Assembly (NCBI GenBank): GCA_033857355.1
Contig: JAWVDL010000058.1
Span: forward strand, 1 to 25,065
From: Gaiellaceae bacterium
Lineage (GTDB): Bacteria > Actinomycetota > Thermoleophilia > Gaiellales > Gaiellaceae
DNA length: 25,065 bases
Reading direction: 5' to 3'
In this document: positions 15,198-22,016 of the stretch, piece by piece
Layout of the letters: each line of letters opens with the position of its first letter
Position numbering within the stretch: position 1 is the stretch's first letter
The notes under the pieces: model-generated
What the model saw: the letters and a program-made list of their open reading frames with translations, nothing else
Told to the model about the DNA's origin: nothing
Database searches by the model: none
Made by a program: the position numbers and the translations under genes

Positions 15198-16016
15198 ATG
15201 TCGCACGAGCCCCTCCCCGCCTGGAGCCTCCGGCCCGATGCCGTCGAGGAGCTCGCGGCCGCTACGGACTGGCCCGAGCGCATGACGCGCGACTGGGCCT
15301 GGGGCGGTGCGACCGGCTCGGGAGTTCGGGTCTGCATCCTCGACAGCGGCATCGAGCCCGGGCATCCGCTCGTCGGCGCGGTCGACCGGTCGGTGGCGCT
15401 CAGCGGCGAGGGCGACGACGTGACGGTCGCGGAGGACGCCGAAGGCGACCTGTGCGGACACGGGACGGCGTGCGCCGGCATCGTTCGCTCGATCGCGCCC
15501 GACTGTTCCATCTCGAGCGTCCGCGTGCTCGGGGCGGGGTACACGGGCAGCGGAAGCATCCTGCTGGCGGGTCTGCGGTGGGCGATCGAGCAGGAGTACG
15601 ACGTGATCAACATGAGCCTGTCGACCACGAAGCGTCAGTTCGCGAGCACCTTGCACGAGCTCGCCGACAGCGCCTATTTTCGGCGGACGATGCTCGTCGC
15701 CTCGGCCCACAACATGCCCGTCGAGAGCTATCCCTGGCGGTTCGCCTCGGTCATCTCCGTCGGCAGCCACGAGGACGACGACCCGCTCGCCTACTACTAC
15801 AACCCGCGCCCGCCGGTCGAGTTCTTCGCGCGCGGGCTCAACCTCGAGGTCGCCTGGCTCGGCGGCGGCACCCTGCACGTGACGGGGAACAGCTTCGCGA
15901 CGCCCCACATGACGGCGATCTGCGCCCTCGTCCTGAGCAAGCACCGCGAGCTGACGCCGTTCCAGCTCAAGAGCCTGCTCTACCTGACCGCGTCGAACGT
16001 GGGAGGCGAGGGATGA
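15198..16016 (+). CDS. S8 family (subtilase) serine peptidase, cytoplasmic, no obvious signal peptide or long propeptide
   Basis: Catalytic motifs CILDSG (Asp), HGTACAG (His), VASAHN (oxyanion Asn), GNSFATP (Ser); start at ATG 15198, 8 nt after TAGGCT. Confidence 0.92.
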   Translation: MSHEPLPAWSLRPDAVEELAAATDWPERMTRDWAWGGATGSGVRVCILDSGIEPGHPLVGAVDRSVALSGEGDDVTVAEDAEGDLCGHGTACAGIVRSIAPDCSISSVRVLGAGYTGSGSILLAGLRWAIEQEYDVINMSLSTTKRQFASTLHELADSAYFRRTMLVASAHNMPVESYPWRFASVISVGSHEDDDPLAYYYNPRPPVEFFARGLNLEVAWLGGGTLHVTGNSFATPHMTAICALVLSKHRELTPFQLKSLLYLTASNVGGEG

Positions 16017-16663
16017 GCGAGGAGGAGCTTCGGGCAGCGGTCGCGGCCGGCGTGCTCGGCGCGGAGGAGTCGTTCCAGAGCCTCTTGCAGTCGGTTGTCG
16101 AGGTCGCCCGGGCGATCTTCCGCGCGCAGGCGTCGTCCATCTTCCTGCTCGACGAGCAGACGGACGAGCTGGTTTTCGAAGCGGTCGCCGGCGAGGGCGC
16201 CGACACGCTCCGCGGCCGCCGTTTTCCGTCGAGCACCGGCGTCGCCGGGTGGGTGCTGGTCGCCCGCCAGCCGCTCGTGATCGAGAACGTCGGCGAGGAT
16301 CCTCGCTTCGCCCGTGAGGCCGCCGAGAGCACGGGCTACGTCCCGAAAGGGCTCATGGCGGTCCCGCTCCTGCACGAAGAACGTGCGCTCGGCGTGCTCG
16401 AAGTGCTCGACCGGCCGCAGGAGGCGGCCTTCAGCCTCGCCGAGATCGAGCTCCTGGGCCTTTTTGCGAATCAGGCTGCGATCGCGCTCGACCTGCTCCG
16501 GCGGGCGCGACGAGCGCAAGCCGCTGTGCAGGGCAGCCAGCTCGCCGTCGTCGCGCGGATCGCCCGCGCCCTCGACGAAGAGCCCAGGCGCCGGAAGGAT
16601 GCCACGCTTCGTCTGCTCGAGGCGATCGAGGAGCTGCTCGCCGACCGCCCCGAGAACGACTGA
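16013..16663 (+). CDS. Stand-alone GAF domain protein
   Basis: ATGA overlap with the peptidase; SSIFLLDEQTDELVF, GVAGWV, DPRF, LMAVPL...LGVLEVLDR, FANQAAIAL; short C-terminal helix and no output domain. Confidence 0.9.
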   Translation: MSEEELRAAVAAGVLGAEESFQSLLQSVVEVARAIFRAQASSIFLLDEQTDELVFEAVAGEGADTLRGRRFPSSTGVAGWVLVARQPLVIENVGEDPRFAREAAESTGYVPKGLMAVPLLHEERALGVLEVLDRPQEAAFSLAEIELLGLFANQAAIALDLLRRARRAQAAVQGSQLAVVARIARALDEEPRRRKDATLRLLEAIEELLADRPEND

Positions 16664-16681
16664 GCCCGGCCGAAGCCGGGC
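16664..16681. terminator. GC-rich hairpin GCCCGGC-CGAA-GCCGGGC between convergent genes
   Basis: Perfect 7-bp stem; reads as a c(UUCG)g tetraloop on the minus strand; no clear U-tract. Confidence 0.55.
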
Positions 16682-16708
16682 CCAGTTCGAAGAGTCGAGA
16701 CCGACGGG

Positions 16709-16873
16709 CTAGGGCTCGTTGCGGTCCGTCTCGCTTTCCATCCCGGCGTCATTCCGTCCGATGTCGGCACGGCCCACGTCGGCCCGTCCTACGTCGTACC
16801 GATGAGCCTCGACATCCGGCTCCTCTTTCTCGTCCTCTGCGGAGCGGACATGCTCGTCCTGTCCTTCTGACAT
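16709..16873 (-). CDS. 54-aa acidic peptide with tandem DxGRx repeats (precursor-like)
   Basis: SD AAGGAGGAG before ATG 16873; MSEGQDEHVRSAEDEKEEPDVEAHRY-DVGRA-DVGRA-DIGRN-DAGME-SETDRNEP; ECF promoter copy D upstream. Confidence 0.75.
   Translation of the reverse strand: MSEGQDEHVRSAEDEKEEPDVEAHRYDVGRADVGRADIGRNDAGMESETDRNEP
16742..16795 (-). repeat. 15-bp-period coding repeat (DVGRA/DVGRA/DIGRN/DAG)
   Basis: GAC GTA GGA CGG GCC / GAC GTG GGC CGT GCC / GAC ATC GGA CGG AAT / GAC GCC GGG. Confidence 0.8.
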
Positions 16874-16912
16874 TTCTCCTCCTTCCGGAAGGTCCGCGCG
16901 ATCTGCGCTACA

Positions 16913-16944
16913 CACCAGACGCGGAATCCTGGCCGAATCTTCCC
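16913..16944 (-). promoter_or_regulatory. ECF-type promoter copy D: GGGAAGA-N16-CGTCTGGTG
   Basis: -35 at 16944-16938, -10 CGTC at 16921-16918; the 9-nt -10 region is identical to copy B. Confidence 0.8.
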
Positions 16945-16988
16945 ACGTCGCTCTTCCAAAACACAATCGGCACTGCGATCCTGCGCGC

Positions 16989-18644
16989 GTGAAGCCGGCA
17001 AACCGCCTCGGCGACTCGTTGCACGCGTTCCGCGACGTCTTCCGGAATCGCGATCTGCGACGCCTCGAGCTCGCCTGGGCGGGCTCGATGATCGGCACCT
17101 GGGCGTACGGCGTCGGGCTCGTGGTGTTCGCGTACGAGGCCGGCGGTGCGACGGCGGTCGGCCTCGTCGGCTTCGCCCGCTGGACGGCGGCGGCGCTGGC
17201 GGCTCCGCTGACCGGAGCGCTCGGCGACCGGCTGCCACGGGCGCGCGTGATGGTCGGAGCAGACGCGATTCGCGCGGTGACGCTGGTGGCAGCCGCGGCG
17301 GTGGTGTTCGCCAACGCCCCGGTCTGGATCGTCTACGTGCTCTCGGGAGTGGTTGCGGTGACCTCTACGGCCTTTCGGCCGGCTCAAGCGGCGCTCGTGC
17401 CGTCGCTCGCCCAGACGCCGCAGGAGCTGACCGCGGCAAACGTCGTCGCCACGACGATCGAGAGCGCGGGGATCTTCATTGGCCCTGCGCTCGGCGGCTT
17501 CCTGCTCGCGGTCTCGTCCACGGGCGTCGTCTTCCTCGTCACCGCTGCGACCTTCGTCTGGTCGGCCGCGCTCGTGCTGCGGATCACGCCGAAGCCCGCG
17601 CCGAAGCCAGAGGAGGGTGCGGCGCGAGAGCCGTTTCTCGCGCACGCAGCCGGCGGCTTCCGCGCGATCGCGGGCGACAAGGGCCTGCGCGTGCTCGTCG
17701 GTCTCCTCGCCGCGCAGACCTTCGTCATGGGGGCCTTGAGCGTGCTGGTCGTGGTTGCGTCGATCGAGGTCGTGGGCCTCGGCAGCTCCGGCGTCGGGAT
17801 CCTCAACTCGGCGCTCGGTGTCGGCGGGCTTCTCGGCGCGGTCGCAGCGGCCGTGTTCGTGGGGCGCGAGCGGCTCGCGGTCGGGTTCACCCTCGGGATC
17901 GTGCTCTGGGGACTGCCGATCGCGCTCATCGGCATCTGGCCGAGTGCCGTTCTCGCAGTGGTCATGCTCGGCTGCGTCGGTGTCGGGAACACCGTCGTCG
18001 ACGTCGCCGGGATGACGTTGCTCCAGCGGTCGGCCGCCGACGCGGTGCTTGCGCGGGTCTTCGGCGTGCTCGAGAGCCTCATCGTCGGCTCGATCGCGCT
18101 CGGGGCGGCCGCCGCGCCGCTGCTGATCGCTGCTGTCGGCGCGCGTGGCGCGCTCGTCGTCACCGGCGCCTTTCTCCCGGTCCTCGTCGCGCTCACGTGG
18201 CGGAGGTTGTCGGTGATCGACTCAAGCGCAACCCCGCCCCTCGCCCGCGTGGCGCTGCTGCGCGCGATTCCGATTTTCGCGCCGCTCCCGGCGCCGGCCC
18301 TCGAACGGACGGCGTCGCGCCTCGTCCCCGTGCAGGCCGCCGCGGGCACCGAGATCATCCGGGCCGGCGAGCCCGGCGATCGCTTCTACATCGTCGAGAG
18401 CGGCGAGGTGGAGATCCTGCCGGAGGCGAACGATCCGTCGCTGCACGGGCCGGGGGCCTACTTCGGGGAGATCGCCCTCCTGCGGGACTTGCCCCGAACG
18501 GCCACCGTCCGCGCCCGCAGCGACGTCGCGCTCCTCGCGCTTGCGCGCGACGACTTCCTTGCCGCGGTCAACGGCGATCCCGAGAGCCGCCAAGCGGCGG
18601 ACATGGTCGTCATGTCGCGCCTCGCGCCGTCGGTGCCCGTCTAG
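16989..18644 (+). CDS. MFS transporter fused to a C-terminal cyclic-nucleotide-binding domain
   Basis: TGALGDRLPRARVM (motif A), many TM segments; C-terminal LLRAIPIF...GEPGDRFYIVESGEV...YFGEIALLRDLPRTATVRA. Confidence 0.9.
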   Translation: MKPANRLGDSLHAFRDVFRNRDLRRLELAWAGSMIGTWAYGVGLVVFAYEAGGATAVGLVGFARWTAAALAAPLTGALGDRLPRARVMVGADAIRAVTLVAAAAVVFANAPVWIVYVLSGVVAVTSTAFRPAQAALVPSLAQTPQELTAANVVATTIESAGIFIGPALGGFLLAVSSTGVVFLVTAATFVWSAALVLRITPKPAPKPEEGAAREPFLAHAAGGFRAIAGDKGLRVLVGLLAAQTFVMGALSVLVVVASIEVVGLGSSGVGILNSALGVGGLLGAVAAAVFVGRERLAVGFTLGIVLWGLPIALIGIWPSAVLAVVMLGCVGVGNTVVDVAGMTLLQRSAADAVLARVFGVLESLIVGSIALGAAAAPLLIAAVGARGALVVTGAFLPVLVALTWRRLSVIDSSATPPLARVALLRAIPIFAPLPAPALERTASRLVPVQAAAGTEIIRAGEPGDRFYIVESGEVEILPEANDPSLHGPGAYFGEIALLRDLPRTATVRARSDVALLALARDDFLAAVNGDPESRQAADMVVMSRLAPSVPV

Positions 18645-19363
18645 AGGTTGATTTCCAGGCCGTCCTGGGCCTGCTCGAACCCGTCGGCGAGCGGAAGCTC
18701 CGAGGGGCGGTGCGTGACGAGGAGACGCTTGGCGCCGGAGGCTTCGAAGGCGGCCGCGGCCTCGTCCAGGGACAGGTGCCCGCGCAGGCCCTCCTCGCCC
18801 GACTCCGCGAGTGTCGCCTCGCAGATGAACACGTCGGCGTCGCGGGCGAGCTCGGCGAGAGCGTCCGCCGGCCCGGAGTCGGCCGAGTAGGCCAGGGTGG
18901 CCTCCGGCCCGGTGACGCGGAAGCCGAACGACAGCAGCCCGTAGTGCGGGACACGAAACGGCGTGATCGAGAGGCCGGCCGCGTCGAATGCCGTGCCGTC
19001 GGCGTATTCGCGGATCGGGAAGGTCGAGTCGAACATCTCCTCGCTGCCGAAGGTCCGGCCGAAGGTGCGCAGCTGCTCGGCGCCGCCGGGAGGCAGCCAG
19101 AGCTCGGGTGGCTCCACGTCGCGCGCGGGTCCGAACATGAGGCTCCAGGTCCACGGTACGAGGTCGCCCCAGTGGTCGAGGTGGAAATGGCTGATCGCGA
19201 TCGCATCCACCCGAGGCCAGTCCTCGCGCTCCCGAAGCCGGGGCAGCACGCCGGGGCCGCAGTCGAGCAGCAGGCGGCCCGACTCCTCCTCGACGAGGTA
19301 TCCAGACTGCGCACCGCCGGGATTCGGCCACGCGGGAGAGCAGCCTGCCACGACCACGTTCAC
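18641..19363 (-). CDS. MBL-fold metallo-hydrolase (RNase Z / YhfI / Rv1339-like)
   Basis: VAGCS...GGAQSGYLV, LLLDCGPG, SHFHLDH (HxHxDH), VPHY, YSADSG, FICEAT, GHLS, VTH; start GTG 19363 (alternative 19390); CTAG shares stop codons with the convergent MFS gene. Confidence 0.88.
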   Translation of the reverse strand: MNVVVAGCSPAWPNPGGAQSGYLVEEESGRLLLDCGPGVLPRLREREDWPRVDAIAISHFHLDHWGDLVPWTWSLMFGPARDVEPPELWLPPGGAEQLRTFGRTFGSEEMFDSTFPIREYADGTAFDAAGLSITPFRVPHYGLLSFGFRVTGPEATLAYSADSGPADALAELARDADVFICEATLAESGEEGLRGHLSLDEAAAAFEASGAKRLLVTHRPSELPLADGFEQAQDGLEINL

Positions 19364-19411
19364 CGGTCGGAGCCCTTCATCCGTGCGCACTCTGTGTCAT
19401 AGAATGGCCGG

Positions 19412-19816
19412 GTGCCCGCCCCGACCGAGGTTCTCCAGCGCGTTCCACTGTTCTCCGATCTCGATCGACGGGATCTGGAGAGGATCGCAGGCTCGATGAA
19501 GGAGCGCACGTTCAATGCGGGCGACCCGGTGCTCGTCGAGGGCGAGAGCGGTGTCGGCTTCTTCATCATCGACAGCGGCAACGCGACGGTGTCCGTCGGC
19601 GGCGAAGAGCGCCGCAAGCTCGGGCCCGGCGACTACTTCGGCGAGGTCGCGCTCCTCGCGCAGACCGATCGAACCGCGACGGTGACGGCTGAGAGCGAGC
19701 TTCACTGCTACGGCCTGACGAGCTGGGCCTTCAGGCCGATCATCGAGGAGAACGCCGGCCTCGCCTGGAAGCTCCTGCAGTCGCTCGGCAAGATGCTGAG
19801 CGGCCCGCGCGGCTGA
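19412..19816 (+). CDS. Stand-alone cyclic-nucleotide-binding domain protein
   Basis: LQRVPLFSDL, EGESGVGFFIIDSG, LGPGDYFGEVALLAQTDRTATVTA; no HTH; TAGAAT -10 element 6 nt before the GTG. Confidence 0.9.
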   Translation: MPAPTEVLQRVPLFSDLDRRDLERIAGSMKERTFNAGDPVLVEGESGVGFFIIDSGNATVSVGGEERRKLGPGDYFGEVALLAQTDRTATVTAESELHCYGLTSWAFRPIIEENAGLAWKLLQSLGKMLSGPRG

Positions 19817-19867
19817 GCTAGCTCCGCGGAACGGGCTGCCGGCTCGTCCCGGCCCTCCATTCGAGGC

Positions 19868-19894
19868 CGTAAAGCCTTCGTAAGCAGTTCGTTC
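19868..19894. promoter_or_regulatory. CGTAA/CGTAA/CGTTC repeats with 11-bp period upstream of the UDP-GlcA decarboxylase operon
   Basis: CGTAA at 19868 and 19879, CGTTC at 19890; -10 TATGCT at 19913-19918. Confidence 0.35.
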
Positions 19895-19924
19895 GCGCGC
19901 CGGGGCCGCCTCTATGCTTTGGCC

Positions 19925-20866
19925 ATGCCGACCTCGGTTGTCACCGGCGGCGCCGGATTCCTCGGCTCCCACCTCTGCGATTACCTCGCTGCTCAGGGCG
20001 AGCGCGTCATCTGCGTGGACAATCTCGAGACGGGCTCGCTCCAGAACGTCGAGCACATGCGCGGCGACCAGTTCGCGTTCATCAACCACGACGTCACCGA
20101 GCACCTCGCCGTCGACGAGCCGGTCGACTTCGTCTATCACCTGGCCGCGCTCGCGAGTCCGATCGACTACCTGCGCCAGCCGCTGCACTCGCTGAAGGTC
20201 GGCTCGTACGGCACGCATCACGCGCTCGGCCTGGCGAAGTTCAAGCGGGCGCGGTTCCTGCTCGCGTCGACCAGCGAGGTCTACGGCGACCCGCAGGTGC
20301 ACCCGCAGCCCGAGACCTACTGGGGGCACGTGAACCCGATCGGTCCGCGCGGCGTGTACGACGAGGCCAAGCGCTACGCCGAGGCGCTGACGATGGCCTA
20401 CCACCGCCAGCAGGGAGTCGACACGGCGATCGTCCGAATCTTCAACACGTACGGACCGCGGATGCGGGAGACCGACGGGCGCGCCTCGGTCACCTTCCTG
20501 CACCAGGCACTCGAAGGGACGCCGCTGACCGTCTTCGGCGACGGCTCCCAGACCCGCTCGCTCTGCTACGTCGACGACCTGATCCGCGGGCTCTACATGC
20601 TCGCGCAGAGCGGCGAGCACCTCCCCGTCAACATCGGAAACCCGTCACATGAGGTGACGATGCTCGAGCTCGCGCAGACCGTGATCAAGGTCACGGGCTC
20701 GTCCAGCGAGATCGTGTTCGAGGCGCTGCCCACGGACGATCCGCAGGTGCGCCGACCGGACATCACGCGAGCGAAGCAGGTGCTCGCGTGGGAGCCGGAG
20801 ATCGACCTGGAGGAAGGCCTCCGGCGCTGGCTCGTCGCGCTGGGCCGCCAGCCCGTCGGTGTCTAG
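19925..20866 (+). CDS. UDP-glucuronic acid decarboxylase family protein (UXS-like SDR)
   Basis: [84 protein letters not shown]. Confidence 0.93.
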   Translation: MPTSVVTGGAGFLGSHLCDYLAAQGERVICVDNLETGSLQNVEHMRGDQFAFINHDVTEHLAVDEPVDFVYHLAALASPIDYLRQPLHSLKVGSYGTHHALGLAKFKRARFLLASTSEVYGDPQVHPQPETYWGHVNPIGPRGVYDEAKRYAEALTMAYHRQQGVDTAIVRIFNTYGPRMRETDGRASVTFLHQALEGTPLTVFGDGSQTRSLCYVDDLIRGLYMLAQSGEHLPVNIGNPSHEVTMLELAQTVIKVTGSSSEIVFEALPTDDPQVRRPDITRAKQVLAWEPEIDLEEGLRRWLVALGRQPVGV

Positions 20867-22016
20867 GCAGCTCGTCCTGCTCGCGGCCATGCTCGTCGCG
20901 GCCGCCGGCCTCGCCGTGCCTGCGTCCACGGCGACGAAGGCCACCTCTGCCCGCCACATGCTGGTCGGCATCGTCGACGACGCCCAGACCCTCTACGGCG
21001 ATCCGGACAAGACCTATCCGCTGCTGAAGAAGCTCCGCGTGCAGGTCGTCCGCGTGAATCTCTACTGGGGCGGGCGCTTCGGCGTCGCCAAGCGGCGGCC
21101 GTCTCTCGCGACCAACCCGAACGACCCGGCCTACGACTGGAGGCTCTTCGACCGCGCAGTCACGTACGCGAGCAAGAACGGGATCAAGGTGCTCTTCACG
21201 ATCATGTACACGCCCTCGTGGGCGAACGGTGGGCGCGCCCAGAACGTTGCGCCGCGGAGCTCGGACGACCTCCGCAAGTTCGCGTACGCCGCGGCGTTTC
21301 GCTACAGCGGCACGTTCACGCCGGCGAAGGAGACCACGAAGCTTCCCGCCGTGAGGCTCTGGCTCGCCTGGAACGAGCCGAACAACCCGATCAACCTCAC
21401 GCCGCAATACCGCCGGGTCGGATCGAAATGGGTCATCCAGAGCGCGGTCGACTACGCGAAGATCTGCACCGCGGTCTACACCGGCGTCCACGGCACGAAG
21501 CTGCCCGGGGAGAAGGTCGCCTGCGGCGCGACGGCCCCGCACGGCAACAACGCGCCGCGCTCGAGCCGTCCCTCGGTTTCCCCGATTGGCTTCCTACGCG
21601 CGCTCAAGAAGGCGGGCCTGCGCAACTTCGACGCCTACGCGCACCATCCGTACTACGGCAGCCCGCGCGAGTCGCCCACGACGAAGCCACCCTCGTCTGC
21701 GGCGGTCACCATGGCGAATCTCGGCACTCTGACCGCCGAGGTGACGCGGCTCTACGGGCCGAAGCGGATCTGGCTGACCGAGTACGGCTACCAGACGAAC
21801 CCACCCGACCGGCAGTTCGGCGTCTCGTACGCGGCCCAGGCGCGCTACCTGACGCAGGCGTACGCGATCGCGCGGCGCAATCCACGCATCGACATGATGC
21901 TCTGGTTCCTCCTCCGCGACGACTCGCGGGTCGCCGACGGATGGCAGTCGGGCCTGTTCACGTCGTCGGGCGTGCGGAAGCCCGCGTACGACGCTTTTCG
22001 GAAGCTGCCGCACTGA
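20859..22016 (+). CDS. Secreted clan GH-A glycoside hydrolase (GH39/GH5-like)
   Basis: Signal peptide ending ...PASTA; [15 protein letters not shown] (acid/base), AHHPY, WLTEYGY (nucleophile), WQSGLF...KPAY. Confidence 0.8.
   Translation: MSRQLVLLAAMLVAAAGLAVPASTATKATSARHMLVGIVDDAQTLYGDPDKTYPLLKKLRVQVVRVNLYWGGRFGVAKRRPSLATNPNDPAYDWRLFDRAVTYASKNGIKVLFTIMYTPSWANGGRAQNVAPRSSDDLRKFAYAAAFRYSGTFTPAKETTKLPAVRLWLAWNEPNNPINLTPQYRRVGSKWVIQSAVDYAKICTAVYTGVHGTKLPGEKVACGATAPHGNNAPRSSRPSVSPIGFLRALKKAGLRNFDAYAHHPYYGSPRESPTTKPPSSAAVTMANLGTLTAEVTRLYGPKRIWLTEYGYQTNPPDRQFGVSYAAQARYLTQAYAIARRNPRIDMMLWFLLRDDSRVADGWQSGLFTSSGVRKPAYDAFRKLPH

Noticed and set aside
13441-16979. ACTGCGAT upstream of both the sigma gene (13441) and the MFS-CNBD gene (16972)
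   Set aside because: Only two 8-mers, at different distances from the starts and from the ECF motifs; too weak to call.
16709-17314. 201-aa minus-strand ORF
   Set aside because: Its 5' part is antisense to the MFS gene; the SD and ECF promoter place the start at 16873.
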